Shown piece by piece: positions 10,395-21,936 of a stretch of DNA of 64,000 nt. The position numbers and the translations under genes are program-made. Numbering within the stretch: position 1 is the first letter of the stretch; each line of letters starts with the position of its first letter. The stretch lies in assembly GCA_003221005.1 (NCBI GenBank), contig QHTZ01000067.1, positions 11,417 to 75,416 on the forward strand. Reading direction: 5' to 3'. Under the pieces are notes generated by a model. It was not told the origin of the DNA. It did no database searches and worked only from the letters and a program-made list of their open reading frames with translations. Source of the DNA: Gemmatimonadota bacterium (GTDB lineage Bacteria > Gemmatimonadota > Gemmatimonadetes > Gemmatimonadales > GWC2-71-9).

Positions 10395-12266
10395 ATGACC
10401 ACCGCCACCGCACCCGAACGCAAAGTCAGCGCCGAGGAAGCGCGCGAAGTCGCCGAAGCCGCTCGCGAAAAGGAGTGGGTCGCGCCGAGCTTCGTACGCG
10501 AGCTGTTTCTCGGCACCCTGCGGATGGGCCTCGTCCATCCCTACCCCGAGCAGGATGCCGAGGAGGAGCGCCGCGCGCAGCCCTTCCTCGCGGGGCTGGC
10601 GAAGCTCCTGCGGGAGAAAGTCGACTCTGATCGCATCGATCGCGAGGGCGAGATCCCGGAGGACGTGATTCAGGGTCTCCGGGAGCTGGGGGCGTTCGGG
10701 ATCAAGATTCCGCGCGAGTACGGCGGGCTCGGACTGTCACAGCTCTCCTACATGCGAGCGATCGAGCTCGTGTCGAGCGTGGACGGATCGATCACGGCCC
10801 TCCTTTCGGCCCACCAGTCGATCGGGGTGCCGCAGCCGCTCAAGATGTTCGGGTCCGAAGCCCAGAAGAAGAAATACTTCCCGCGCCTCGCCAAGGGCGC
10901 GATCTCCGCGTTCGCGCTCACGGAGCCGGGGGTCGGCTCCGACCCTGCGGCCCTGGAGACCACCGCGGTGCCGAGTGAGGACGGCGAGGCGTGGATCCTG
11001 AACGGCGAGAAGCTGTGGTGCACCAACGGCACCAAGGCCGAGCTGATGGCGGTGATGGCGCGGACGCCGTCGCTGGTGGTGAACGGCAGGGAGAAGCGGC
11101 AGATCACCGCCTTCATCGTCGAGACCGCCTGGCCGGGTGTCGAAGTCACCCACCGCTGTCACTTCATGGGGCTCAAGGCGCTCTACAACGGCGTGATCCG
11201 GTTCACCAACGTGCGCGTACCCAAGGAGAACGTGCTCTGGGGAGTCGGGAAAGGGCTGAAGCTCGCGCTGATCACCCTCAACACCGGCCGCCTCACGCTG
11301 CCGATCTCCGCGGTGGCGGTGGGGAAGCGCTGTCTCGAGATTTCGCGGACCTGGGCGAACGAGCGCGTGCAGTGGGGGCGCCCGATCGGCAAGCACGACG
11401 CGATCGCGCAGAAGATCGGCGCCATGGCCGCGAACACCTTCGCCATGGAGGCGGTGGCGGAGCTGTGCGGCGCGATGGCGGACCGCGGCGGCTACGACAT
11501 CCGGCTCGAAGCGGCGATCGCGAAACTGTACAACTCCGAGGCCGGGTGGCGCATCATCGATGACACGGTGCAAATCCGCGGCGGCCGGGGCTACGAGACC
11601 GCGGACTCACTGCGGGAGCGGGGCGAGCGCCCGGTGCCGATCGAGCGGATCATGCGCGACTTCCGGATCAACCTGATCTTCGAAGGCTCGAGCGAGATCA
11701 TGCATCTGTTCATCGCGCGCGAGGCGGTGGACAAGCACCTCCAGACCGCAGGCGATGTCGTCCTTCCCGGCAAGTCGGTGGGCCGGCGGCTGGCGGGGCT
11801 GGTGCGCGCCGGCCTGTTCTACGGTTGGTGGTACCCATCCCGCTGGCTCGGCTGGAGCTTCTGGCCCGCGTACGCCGGGTTCGGATCCCTCGCGCCGCAC
11901 GTGCGGTACGTCGAGCGGGGCGCGCGGCGCCTCGCCCGCGGGGTGTTCCACGCGATGCTGCGGTTCGGTCCCAAGCTCGAGTACCGTCAGGCGGTGTTAT
12001 TCCGGCTCGTGGACGTGGGCGCCGAGCTGTTCGCCATGGCCGCGACGTGCGCGCGAGCGCGCGCGCTCCAGAAGCGCGATCCTGGCGCCGGCCGGCACGC
12101 CGTGGAGCTCGCCGACCTGTTCTGTCGTCAGGCGCGCGGCAGGATCCGCGACAAGTTCGGCGCGCTGTGGCGCAACGAGGATACGAAGGGATACCGCGTC
12201 GCGCAGGAGGTGCTGGCCGGTGAGCACCGCTGGCTCGAGCGGGGGATGGTGGAGCTGGACAACTGA
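10395..12266 (+). CDS. Acyl-CoA dehydrogenase (long, ACAD9/VLCAD-like)
   Basis: AFALTEPGVGSD, LNGEKLWCTNG, QIRGGRGY and IFEGSSEI motifs; GGAG RBS before ATG 10395. Confidence 0.92.
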   Translation: MTTATAPERKVSAEEAREVAEAAREKEWVAPSFVRELFLGTLRMGLVHPYPEQDAEEERRAQPFLAGLAKLLREKVDSDRIDREGEIPEDVIQGLRELGAFGIKIPREYGGLGLSQLSYMRAIELVSSVDGSITALLSAHQSIGVPQPLKMFGSEAQKKKYFPRLAKGAISAFALTEPGVGSDPAALETTAVPSEDGEAWILNGEKLWCTNGTKAELMAVMARTPSLVVNGREKRQITAFIVETAWPGVEVTHRCHFMGLKALYNGVIRFTNVRVPKENVLWGVGKGLKLALITLNTGRLTLPISAVAVGKRCLEISRTWANERVQWGRPIGKHDAIAQKIGAMAANTFAMEAVAELCGAMADRGGYDIRLEAAIAKLYNSEAGWRIIDDTVQIRGGRGYETADSLRERGERPVPIERIMRDFRINLIFEGSSEIMHLFIAREAVDKHLQTAGDVVLPGKSVGRRLAGLVRAGLFYGWWYPSRWLGWSFWPAYAGFGSLAPHVRYVERGARRLARGVFHAMLRFGPKLEYRQAVLFRLVDVGAELFAMAATCARARALQKRDPGAGRHAVELADLFCRQARGRIRDKFGALWRNEDTKGYRVAQEVLAGEHRWLERGMVELDN

Positions 12267-12275
12267 AGGACCCCT

Positions 12276-12938
12276 CTATGCGGCGTGATGCGCAATCATG
12301 ATCGACCGCAGGCGCTCGGGCGTGTCCCCCGCCATGTCGCCGTATGGCGACGGATGTCCCGCCGCGTCCAGTACCACGCTGGGGCAGATGAGCTCGTAGC
12401 GCCGGGCGTAGATCCGCTCAGCGGCCACCTGGGTCGCCACCGGGGTGGCAATCACAGTCCTGCCCGCGCCGAGCTGCTCGGCGGCCTTCGCCGCCGCCAA
12501 TACTTTCCAGGGCCAGACCACGTGTCCGTCCACGATCACCGCCACGCGCCCCGTGAGGCTCTTCACCGGCCGCTGAGTGCGGTACAGGACCAGGTCCTGG
12601 CTGATCCGCGCGCGGGACTCGTCGATTGCCGCCTCGAGCTTGCTCAGCAGGTGGCCGCCCGGCTGGAAGTCGGGATCCATCTCTGACGGGGCAGACTCCG
12701 CGATGGCTCCGATGGGAGCAAGGTTGGAGCCCAGCCGAATGAAGGAGGCCACGAGGACGTCGAACTGCACGCCCATCGCCTTGGCCGCGTTGGCCGCGAT
12801 CTCCACACCCTCGGGGGTGATGCCGAGGAGGATGCTGGACGTGTAGCCACGGGTGGCGAGCTGCTGGCCCAACATGGCCCCCGCGCTCGAGCGCGTAGGA
12901 TAGAGGCTGTCGCGACGGGGCGAGGGGGGCTGGGCCAT
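12276..12938 (-). CDS. Phosphoribosyltransferase-fold protein (divergent)
   Basis: TRSSAGAMLG N-terminal motif, GRVAVIVDG PRPP-loop-like segment, VIATPV; start at 12938 preceded by TATTTT -10. Confidence 0.7.
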   Translation of the reverse strand: MAQPPSPRRDSLYPTRSSAGAMLGQQLATRGYTSSILLGITPEGVEIAANAAKAMGVQFDVLVASFIRLGSNLAPIGAIAESAPSEMDPDFQPGGHLLSKLEAAIDESRARISQDLVLYRTQRPVKSLTGRVAVIVDGHVVWPWKVLAAAKAAEQLGAGRTVIATPVATQVAAERIYARRYELICPSVVLDAAGHPSPYGDMAGDTPERLRSIMIAHHAA

Positions 12939-13047
12939 GGGCCCGAAAATAAGGGCGGCACGGGACGGCACAAGGCGGCCGCCGTTCGTTCGCCGCCTCA
13001 TGCCGCCCTAGCATATCTTTCCCCGAGCCACTCCCAGGACTCGTCGC

Positions 13048-14337
<1,290 letters not shown>

Positions 14338-14364
14338 CGCGTCCTAACCCACTGGAGACCACCG

Positions 14365-14649
14365 ATGTCGACCTACATCATGCTGTCGAACCTGACGGAC
14401 GAAGGCGCCAAGACGCTGAAGGACAACCCGGGGCGGCTCCAGGAAGTGAACAAGGAGATCGAGAAGCTCGGCGCCAGGGTCACGGCGCAGTACGCGACGC
14501 TGGGGCCCTACGACTTCGTCAACGTCGTGGAGGCGCCGGACAACGCGACGATCGCCCGGGTATCGGCCACGCTCGGGGCGCGCGGCAGCGTGCGCCTGCT
14601 GACGCTGGCGGCGATCCCGGTGCAGGACTTCATCAAGACCCTGAAGTAA
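14365..14649 (+). CDS. GYD domain-containing protein
   Basis: TLGPYDFV motif, 94 aa, GGAG RBS. Confidence 0.85.
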   Translation: MSTYIMLSNLTDEGAKTLKDNPGRLQEVNKEIEKLGARVTAQYATLGPYDFVNVVEAPDNATIARVSATLGARGSVRLLTLAAIPVQDFIKTLK

Positions 14650-14652
14650 CCT

Positions 14653-15864
14653 CTAGCGCCGGGCGCGCCCCGCGCGCATCCGGACGGACCGCGCCGGCTT
14701 GGGCTGCTCCACTGCGGCGAGCCGTCCCTCGGGCGGCCGCGTGGCGGGCTCAAATCCCGGGATCACCTCCCGTGGGAATACTTGGCCCACGAGCTTCTCG
14801 ATGTCGGCAACGAGGAGCCACTCGTCGGGCGACATGAGCGTCAGGCCGACGCCCCGCTGCCCTGCCCGCGCCGTCCGCCCCACGCGGTGCACGTACAGCT
14901 CTGGGTCGGTGGGGACGTCGTAGTTCACGACCATGCGAATTCCGTCCACGTCGATCCCCCGGGCCGCGATTTCCGTTGCGACCAGGATGTCCACGGCCCC
15001 GTTCCGGAATGCGTCGAGCGTGCGCTGCCGCGTGCTCTGCGCCTTATCGCCGTGGATCGCTTGGGCGGCGATCCCTTCCCGCCGCAGGAACGTGACCAGC
15101 TTGTCGGCCCCGTACTTGGTGCGCGTGAACACGAGGGTCTGACCCGCAGGCTTCGCCTGCAGGATGCGGGCGAGGGCGCCACGCTTCTGCAGCTTGTCCA
15201 CGGCGACGAGCACGTGCTCCACGCCGTCGGCAGGCGCGGCCCGCCGCCCGATCTCGACCGAGGCGTGGCCCTGGAGGGCGCGCTGCGCCAGGCGGTCGAC
15301 GTCGGCTGAGATCGTGGCCGAGAACAGCAGGGTCTGCCGCTCCTCGGGCAAGGCGTCCAGGATGCGGCGGACATCGGGGGCGAACCCCATGTCCAGCATC
15401 CGGTCGGCCTCGTCGAGCACGAGCACCTCGATGTGCGAGAAGTCGACGTGCCCGCGGCCCATGTGATCGAGCAGGCGGCCCGGCGTGGCAACGAGGACGT
15501 CGATGCCGCGCGCGAGTCCGCGGGTCTGCGGCTCCATCCCCACCCCGCCATAGATCGCCGCGGCGGTGAGCGAGAGATGCCGGCCATAGGTGCGAGCGCT
15601 CTGCAGCACCTGCTCGGCGAGCTCGCGGGTGGGGACCAGGATGAGCGCCCGCAGCGCGTGCGATTGACCACCCGCCAGCCGCTGGAGGATAGGAAGCAGG
15701 AAGGCCGCCGTCTTGCCGGTGCCGGTCTGGGCGGAACCGATGAGATCCCGGCCGGCGAGCACGAGGGGAATCGCCTCCCGTTGAATGGGAGTCGGGTGCT
15801 CGTAGCCTTCATCGGCCACGGCACGAGTGAGCTCTTTTGCGAGCCCGAGAGATGCGAAAGACAT
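14653..15864 (-). CDS. DEAD-box RNA helicase (RhlE-like)
   Basis: Q motif, AQTGTGKT, PTRELA, DEAD, SAT and HRVGRTAR; start MSFASLGL at 15864 with AAGGAG RBS. Confidence 0.95.
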   Translation of the reverse strand: MSFASLGLAKELTRAVADEGYEHPTPIQREAIPLVLAGRDLIGSAQTGTGKTAAFLLPILQRLAGGQSHALRALILVPTRELAEQVLQSARTYGRHLSLTAAAIYGGVGMEPQTRGLARGIDVLVATPGRLLDHMGRGHVDFSHIEVLVLDEADRMLDMGFAPDVRRILDALPEERQTLLFSATISADVDRLAQRALQGHASVEIGRRAAPADGVEHVLVAVDKLQKRGALARILQAKPAGQTLVFTRTKYGADKLVTFLRREGIAAQAIHGDKAQSTRQRTLDAFRNGAVDILVATEIAARGIDVDGIRMVVNYDVPTDPELYVHRVGRTARAGQRGVGLTLMSPDEWLLVADIEKLVGQVFPREVIPGFEPATRPPEGRLAAVEQPKPARSVRMRAGRARR

Positions 15865-15869
15865 GATAC

Positions 15870-15970
15870 TCCTTAGACTGCGTCGAGGAGAAGCGTCGAG
15901 GAGAACCGTAGCTACGGTATCCCTCGACGTCGTTCTCGACGCCTCTTCTTGACGTCGTTTCTCGACGCCT
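15870..15970 (-). promoter_or_regulatory. Repeat-rich structured 5' leader of the DEAD-box helicase
   Basis: Four CGTCRAG units, the 14-nt palindrome ACCGTAGCTACGGT (15905-15918) and two complementary CTCCTCGACGC units just before the RBS. Confidence 0.55.
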
Positions 15971-16079
15971 TTTTTTGTTTCGAACCTAGGGATTGAGCCT
16001 ACAGATGTGAGGCCCGCTCCTGAGCGGGACCGTCCTACGGAAGGATGCCAGCTCGCGGTTCTTGCGTTGCGCAGGAAAG

Positions 16080-16754
16080 CTAACCAGGCGCGCCCCGTTT
16101 TCGCAACAGTGCCACGGACCCGAAGGCGATGATCACTGCGAAACTGAACCACTGGATCGCATAGGAGAGGTGAGGCCCGTCGCCGAGCTCGGGAGCGGGC
16201 CAACGCCGGGGCGCGCCCGGCGGCGGCGGCGCGCCATCCACCGGGAGCTGTTGGACGACGAAGCGCAGCAGGGGATACGGTACGGAGTCCTTGAGCGCCG
16301 CCGGGTCCACATCACCGCGCCCGCGCGGTGCCGCGAGGGCGAGGCCCGTGACGTCCGCAGTGTCGGGTTCCCGGTACAACAGCTCAGCGATGTGGTAGCC
16401 GTCGGGTGACGGCGCCCACCCGCGGTCCACGAGCACGCCGCTGCCGTCCGCGAGCCTGAGCGGCGTCACGAGATCCACGCCGGGCTCGTCAGCGAGCATT
16501 CTGGGCCGCCACAACCGCTCGTGATCGAAGTCGTAGACGCCGCGCGCGCGCACGCGGCGATTCCACAGCGAATCGGCGGCGGCGCGGCCCGAGAGCTCGA
16601 CCGGCGGACGCTCGCGCGCGGCGCGCACGAGAGCGTTCGCGGCGCGACGCTGGTGCAAGCGGGCGAGCTGCCACACCCCCAACCGCACGCACACCGCCAC
16701 CGCACCGAGCGCCAGCACTAGTCCGATCACGTCCCGACGCGTAAAGCCCACCAT
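16080..16754 (-). CDS. SURF1 family protein
   Basis: LGVWQLAR, VLVDRGW and HLSYAIQWFSFA motifs. Confidence 0.92.
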   Translation of the reverse strand: MVGFTRRDVIGLVLALGAVAVCVRLGVWQLARLHQRRAANALVRAARERPPVELSGRAAADSLWNRRVRARGVYDFDHERLWRPRMLADEPGVDLVTPLRLADGSGVLVDRGWAPSPDGYHIAELLYREPDTADVTGLALAAPRGRGDVDPAALKDSVPYPLLRFVVQQLPVDGAPPPPGAPRRWPAPELGDGPHLSYAIQWFSFAVIIAFGSVALLRKRGAPG

Positions 16755-16783
16755 TCCCCCTTCCCTCGTCCCCCGTCCCCTTG

Positions 16784-17212
16784 TCAATCCAGCTTCGCGT
16801 CCAGCTTGAACTGCACGTTGCCCTTGAGCGCGCTCGACACGGGACACCCGTTCTTTGCCGCCTCCGCCGCCTGCTGAAACTTGCCTTGGTCGATCCCCGG
16901 GACCTTGCCGCGGACCTTCAGGTCCATCGTGGTGATTTTGAACCCCTCCCCCACCTTGTCGATGGTGCAGGCGGCAATGGTTTCGATGCGGGTCGCGGGG
17001 TTGCCCCCCTGTTCGAGCCCTGCCGCGAGCGCCATGCTGAGACAGGCTGCCTCGGCCGCCGCGATCAGCTCTTCAGGATTCGTCCCCGCCGCTCCTTCGA
17101 AGCGCGTCCGAAAGGAGTAGTTGCCGCCGAACGCCCCGCTCCCTGCCTTGAAGCTGCCCTTACCATCCCGGAGCTTCCCTTCCCACACCGCGCTGGCGCG
17201 ACTCGTCGTCAT
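16784..17212 (-). CDS. osmC: OsmC family peroxiredoxin
   Basis: GTNPEELIAAA..ACLSM and AKNGCPVS motifs. Confidence 0.93.
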   Translation of the reverse strand: MTTSRASAVWEGKLRDGKGSFKAGSGAFGGNYSFRTRFEGAAGTNPEELIAAAEAACLSMALAAGLEQGGNPATRIETIAACTIDKVGEGFKITTMDLKVRGKVPGIDQGKFQQAAEAAKNGCPVSSALKGNVQFKLDAKLD

Positions 17213-17322
17213 ACGGACTCCATGAACGTGGAAGGGGCGAAATCTGGCGGAACCGCTTACCGGACGCTACGCTTGCGGACCACGCCGCGGTCGCGGCATG
17301 CAACCGCCAGGAGGGCCGACCC

Positions 17323-17790
17323 ATGGCCACCAAGCCAAAGAGACCCAAGCGCCCCGCGCGCCGTCGCACGGCGCAGCGCCCCGCGCGCCCCACCCGCCGC
17401 GAGCCCGAGTCGCTCCGGCTCCGCTCGATGGCGGCCTCACTCACGGTGAACGACGTACCGACGAGTGTCGCGTGGTACCGCGACATGCTCGGCTTCACCG
17501 TGGGCGAGCGTTGGGAGGAGAACGGCAAGCTCCGCGGCACGCAGATGAAGGCGGGAATGTGTGACCTGATGCTGAACCAGGACGACTTCGCCAAGGGCCG
17601 CGACCGCGCGAAGGGCGTGGGCTTCCGTCTCTGGGCTTCGACGGTGCAGGACATCGACGCCATCGCGGCCCGCATCAAGGCGCAGGGAGGCAGGCTCGAC
17701 TTCGAGCCGCGCCGGACGCCCTGGGGATCCTACGCCTTCGCGATCACCGACCCCGACGGCTACAAGATCACGTTCATCCAGGAGGAGTGA
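17323..17790 (+). CDS. VOC/glyoxalase family protein
   Basis: LTVNDV..SVAWYRDMLGF and PWGSYAFAITDPDGY motifs. Confidence 0.88.
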   Translation: MATKPKRPKRPARRRTAQRPARPTRREPESLRLRSMAASLTVNDVPTSVAWYRDMLGFTVGERWEENGKLRGTQMKAGMCDLMLNQDDFAKGRDRAKGVGFRLWASTVQDIDAIAARIKAQGGRLDFEPRRTPWGSYAFAITDPDGYKITFIQEE

Positions 17791-17798
17791 CCCGGCGG

Positions 17799-19205
17799 CT
17801 AATGCAGGCCACCGCTCCCGAACTGCTTGACCAGGTCGCCTAACACCGCCTTCGCGTCGCCGAACAACATCCACGTGTTGTCCTGTACGTACAGCTCGTT
17901 GTCGATTCCGGCGAATCCGGGGTTCTTGCTGCGCTTGATGGCCAGCACCGTCTTCGCCTTGTCGGCATCGATGATCGGCATGCCGTAGATCGGGGTGTGC
18001 TTGGCGTAGCGCGCCGCCGGATTGACGACGTCGTTCGCGCCGATGACGAGCGCGACGTCGCACTGCGGCATTTCGGGATTGATCTCGTCCATCTCGACGA
18101 GCGCCGTGTACGGGATGTTTGCCTCCGCGAGCAGCACGTTCATATGCCCGGGCATTCTCCCCGCGACCGGGTGGATCGCGAACTTCACCGCAATGCCCCG
18201 CTTGGTCAGCTGGTCGTAGAGCTCGCGAACCTTGTGCTGGGCCTGCGCCACGGCCATGCCGTACCCCGGGATGATGACCACGAGACTCGCCTGCTCCAGC
18301 AGCTGCGCCGCGCCCTCGATCGTTTCCTGCTTCCATTCTTTTTGCTCCCCGACCGCCGTCGCTGCCTGCACTTGGCCGAACGCCCCGAACAACACGTTCA
18401 TGAAGGAGCGGTTCATCGCCCGGCACATGATGATCGAGAGGATGAGGCCGCTCGAGCCGTCGAGGGCCCCCGCGGTGACGAGGAGCTTGTTGTCGAGCAC
18501 AAACCCCATCGCTACCGCCGAGAGCCCCGCGTAGGAGTTGAGGATCGAAATGACCGTGGGCATGTCCGCGCCGCCGATGGGGATGATGAGCAGCACGCCG
18601 AACAGCACGGCGAGACCCACGATCCCGGAAAAGGCCCGACCCGACCACACCGCCGTCGGCTGCAAGACGACTAGGACGCCTAGTACCACTGCGACGCCCA
18701 GGATTCCGATGTTGACGAAGTTCTGACCCGGATACGTGACGGGCCGCTGTGGAATCCACCTGACCTCCTGCAGCTTGCCGGCCGCCATGAGGCTCCCCGT
18801 AAACGTGAGGAATCCGAGGATCACTTCGGCGACGATGGCGCTCATCCGGAACGGGGTGAGCAGCTCGGGGCCTTTTCCTACCCAGAGGTAGTACTCCGCG
18901 GTGCCGACCAGCCCCGCGGCGAGTCCACCGAAGGCGTGGGAGAGAGCCGTTCGCTGCGGCACGGCGGTGAGCGGCACGCGGGAGAGCGGGACACCGACGA
19001 TGAATCCGGCGACGATCGCCAGCACGATCCACCCGTGGTGGACGATCTCGGGCTGGAACCAGGTAGCGAGCACGGCCACCAGCATCCCGCTCACGCCCGC
19101 CACGACGCCGTGGCGGGCGGTCTTCGGATCGTTCATCCAGTGCAGCGAGAAGATGAACAGCGCCGTCGCGAGGATCGCGGCGAATTGGGCGACGGCGCGC
19201 GTCAT
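17799..19205 (-). CDS. pntB: NAD(P) transhydrogenase subunit beta
   Basis: IGGADMPTVIS, PGYGMAVAQAQ, HPVAGRMPGHMNV and GANDVVNP motifs. Confidence 0.96.
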   Translation of the reverse strand: MTRAVAQFAAILATALFIFSLHWMNDPKTARHGVVAGVSGMLVAVLATWFQPEIVHHGWIVLAIVAGFIVGVPLSRVPLTAVPQRTALSHAFGGLAAGLVGTAEYYLWVGKGPELLTPFRMSAIVAEVILGFLTFTGSLMAAGKLQEVRWIPQRPVTYPGQNFVNIGILGVAVVLGVLVVLQPTAVWSGRAFSGIVGLAVLFGVLLIIPIGGADMPTVISILNSYAGLSAVAMGFVLDNKLLVTAGALDGSSGLILSIIMCRAMNRSFMNVLFGAFGQVQAATAVGEQKEWKQETIEGAAQLLEQASLVVIIPGYGMAVAQAQHKVRELYDQLTKRGIAVKFAIHPVAGRMPGHMNVLLAEANIPYTALVEMDEINPEMPQCDVALVIGANDVVNPAARYAKHTPIYGMPIIDADKAKTVLAIKRSKNPGFAGIDNELYVQDNTWMLFGDAKAVLGDLVKQFGSGGLH

Positions 19206-19507
19206 TGCTTCTTGAACATCTTCAGCATGCGGTCGGTAATCAGGAACCCGCTGACGATGTTCGTCATAGAGGCGAACAGCGCTACGGCCCCCAGGACGCG
19301 GATCGTCGTCGGGTACTCGGCGCCCGTGACGACGAGCGAGCCCACCACGGCGATGGCCGAGATGGCGTTGGTGAGGGACATGAGCGGCGTGTAGAGGAGG
19401 CGGGACACGCGGCGAATCACCCCGAGCCCGATGAACGTCGCCAGCACGAGCACGAACACCATGGACCAGTAGTCGACCGCCGCGGTCGTCGTCGTCGCTT
19501 CAGTCAT
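19202..19507 (-). CDS. pntA: NAD(P) transhydrogenase subunit alpha, membrane part (PntAB)
   Basis: TPLMSLTNAISAI and GFLITDRMLKMF motifs. Confidence 0.92.
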   Translation of the reverse strand: MTEATTTTAAVDYWSMVFVLVLATFIGLGVIRRVSRLLYTPLMSLTNAISAIAVVGSLVVTGAEYPTTIRVLGAVALFASMTNIVSGFLITDRMLKMFKKQ

Positions 19508-20610
19508 GTCTTCCGTACCTCCCCGGCGTGGGTCACGCACGTGTCGCGAATGATCTCGTCCTCGAAATCGAGCTGCAGCGCGCCGTCCTTAACGATGTGC
19601 TGCAGGAAGCTGGAGATGTTGCGGGCATACATCTGACTCGCGTCGTGTGGCAGGGTGCTCGGGAGGTTGAGTGGCCCGAGGATCACGACGCCGTCCTGGA
19701 TTACGTCCGCTCCGGGCTGCGCCAGCTCGCAGTTCCCACCCGTCTCGACCGCCAGATCGACGATCACCGAGCCGGGCTTCATTCCCCGCACGGCCTCGGC
19801 GGTGATCAGGATCGGGGCACGCTTCCCCGGAATCGCCGCCGTCGTGATCACGATGTCCGCGTCCTTCACGTGCTGCGCGATGAATGCCAGCTCGCGGCGG
19901 TGCGTCTCCCCGGACAGCTGCTTCGCATAGCCCCCAGCGGTTTCGGCCTGCTCGCCGATCTGGAGCTCGAGGAACTTCGCCCCGAGGCTCTCCACCTGCT
20001 CCTTCACCGCCGGCCGCACGTCGAAGGCCGACACCACGGCGCCGAGGCGGCGCGCCGTGGCGATCGCCTGGAGCCCTGCCACCCCCGCGCCGAGCACCAG
20101 GGTGCGAGCGGGGGGCAGGGTCCCCGCCGCCGTCACGAGCATCGGGAAGAACCGGCCGGCCGCCGCCGCGGCGAGGAGGACCGCTTTGTACCCGGCCACC
20201 GTCGCCTGTGACGACAACACGTCCATCGGCTGGGCGCGGGTGATGCGGGGGAGCAGCGCGAGGCTGAACGCCGTCACCTTGCTCGCGGCGAGCTGTGACA
20301 CGGCTTCCCGCTCGGCGGACGGCTGGAACAGGGCGACGAGCGCCGCTCGCTCACGGCACCGGCGCACCTCCTCGGTCGAGGGCGGTTGCACCTTGAGGAC
20401 GACATCGCTCTGCGCGAACACGTCGGTCGCGGGCGCAACGACGGTCGCGCCGGCGGTACCGTACGCCTCGTCGCGGAACGAGGCCGCCGCGCCCGCGCCG
20501 CGCTCGACCAGGACGGCGAACCCGGACTTCACGAGCCGCCCCGCAGCATCGGGCGTCAGCGCCACACGGCGCTCGTTGACCGCGGTCTCTTTCGGGACCC
20601 CAAGCTTCAT
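19504..20610 (-). CDS. pntA: NAD(P) transhydrogenase subunit alpha, soluble part (PntAA)
   Basis: GVPKET..ERRVALTP, RAQPMDVLSSQ, GAGVAGL and DLAVETGGNC motifs. Confidence 0.95.
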   Translation of the reverse strand: MKLGVPKETAVNERRVALTPDAAGRLVKSGFAVLVERGAGAAASFRDEAYGTAGATVVAPATDVFAQSDVVLKVQPPSTEEVRRCRERAALVALFQPSAEREAVSQLAASKVTAFSLALLPRITRAQPMDVLSSQATVAGYKAVLLAAAAAGRFFPMLVTAAGTLPPARTLVLGAGVAGLQAIATARRLGAVVSAFDVRPAVKEQVESLGAKFLELQIGEQAETAGGYAKQLSGETHRRELAFIAQHVKDADIVITTAAIPGKRAPILITAEAVRGMKPGSVIVDLAVETGGNCELAQPGADVIQDGVVILGPLNLPSTLPHDASQMYARNISSFLQHIVKDGALQLDFEDEIIRDTCVTHAGEVRKT

Positions 20611-20683
20611 CGACTCTCCCACGCTGGATACGGTACGGCGTCGGCGGGTGGGGAGAAACTAACGACGGGACGCGTCCCCCGCT

Positions 20684-21094
20684 TCAGCTCGCGCGGTCGC
20701 CCGGCTGCAAGCGTTCCTTTTCACGCCGTTGCGCGAGCATCCGTTCGGTGAAGTCGAGCCGCTCCGCCAGCTCGCCCACCTGGGACTCGAGCCCCATCAG
20801 GCGGTCTTCCAAGTCCGCCACGCGCGAGTCCGGCGTCACCGTGGGGCCCCCCTCGCCCGCCACCTCCCATCGCGCCAGGCGGCGCCCCTCGGCGTCGCGA
20901 AAGTCTCCTGCCGCAATGACGACCACGTCGTAGAGGTACCAGATGCCGAGACCGCCGAGCGTCACGCACATCCACACGCCGCTCCTGTTGCGGCCGACGT
21001 AGAAGCGATGCAGGCCGAAGACCCCACCCAGCACCGACAGGGCCAGGGCGACGCCGCGCGAGCGCTCGGAGACGAGCGGGACCTCGCCGCTCAC
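20684..21094 (-). CDS. TM2 domain protein with C-terminal coiled coil
   Basis: LGGVFGLHRFYVG TM2 motif; ELAERLDFTERML tail. Confidence 0.85.
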   Translation of the reverse strand: MSGEVPLVSERSRGVALALSVLGGVFGLHRFYVGRNRSGVWMCVTLGGLGIWYLYDVVVIAAGDFRDAEGRRLARWEVAGEGGPTVTPDSRVADLEDRLMGLESQVGELAERLDFTERMLAQRREKERLQPGDRAS

Positions 21095-21540
21095 CGCCGC
21101 TCCGCCGCCAGCAGGGCATCGATCTGGGCCCGCGGCACCGCGCCCGTCAGCCGCGCGACCTCGGCGCCGTGCGCGAACAGGATCAACGTGGGGATGCCGC
21201 GCACGCCGAAGCGGGTCATCGTCCCGGGGTTACGGTCGGTGTCGAGCTTCAGGACCAGCAGCTCGCCCATGCGCTCCCGCGCAATGTCGTCCAGAATCGG
21301 CGCGATGACCTTGCAGGGACCGCACCAGTCCGCATAGAAGTCAACGAAGACCGGCACTTCCGCGTCCCCGATCAGCCGGTCGAAGGTCTGATCGGTGACG
21401 GCGAGCGGCCGATCGAGCAGCAAGGGCCGGCCGCACTGGCCGCACTTGGGGCGCGCGTCGACCCGGGCGAGGTCCACTCGGTTGAGCGTGGCACAGAACG
21501 GGCAACTCAGGGTCACCCGCCGGCCCGCGGCGACGCTCAC
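21091..21540 (-). CDS. trxC: Thioredoxin 2 with N-terminal Zn ribbon
   Basis: CPFC...CGQC zinc finger plus WCGPC active site. Confidence 0.92.
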   Translation of the reverse strand: MSVAAGRRVTLSCPFCATLNRVDLARVDARPKCGQCGRPLLLDRPLAVTDQTFDRLIGDAEVPVFVDFYADWCGPCKVIAPILDDIARERMGELLVLKLDTDRNPGTMTRFGVRGIPTLILFAHGAEVARLTGAVPRAQIDALLAAERR

Positions 21541-21929
21541 GTCAGCACCGCGTCGGCTTCGATCTCGACGAGCATCGCCGGATCGAGGAGCCCCGACACC
21601 TGAACCAGGGTGGAAGCGGGCCGTACGTCCCGGAAGAACTCGCCGTGCGCCCGGCCGACGCGCTCCCAGTCCGCGATGTCGCGGACGAACAGCCGCGTCC
21701 GGACCACGTCCTCGAGACCCGCGCCGAGGGCCGCCAGGGCGCGTTCGATGTTGCGGATCGCCTGAACCGTTTGCGCATACGCGTCGTTCGCGCCCACGAT
21801 GCGCCCGTCCTCGCCGGTGGCCGTGGTTCCCGCGACGTGAATCATGGAGCCCACCCGCACCGCCCGCGAGTAACCGACCACCGGCTCCCAGGGGGTGCCG
21901 CTCGAGAAGTTGCTCCGAAGTCTGCTCAT
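21537..21929 (-). CDS. RidA/YjgF family protein
   Basis: [21 protein letters not shown] and VEIEADA motifs. Confidence 0.9.
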   Translation of the reverse strand: MSRLRSNFSSGTPWEPVVGYSRAVRVGSMIHVAGTTATGEDGRIVGANDAYAQTVQAIRNIERALAALGAGLEDVVRTRLFVRDIADWERVGRAHGEFFRDVRPASTLVQVSGLLDPAMLVEIEADAVLT

Positions 21930-21936
21930 GTGCTCA

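Noticed and set aside
15870-15970. Possible CRISPR array or tRNA
   Set aside because: Units are about 12 bp with no unique spacers, no cas genes and no cloverleaf
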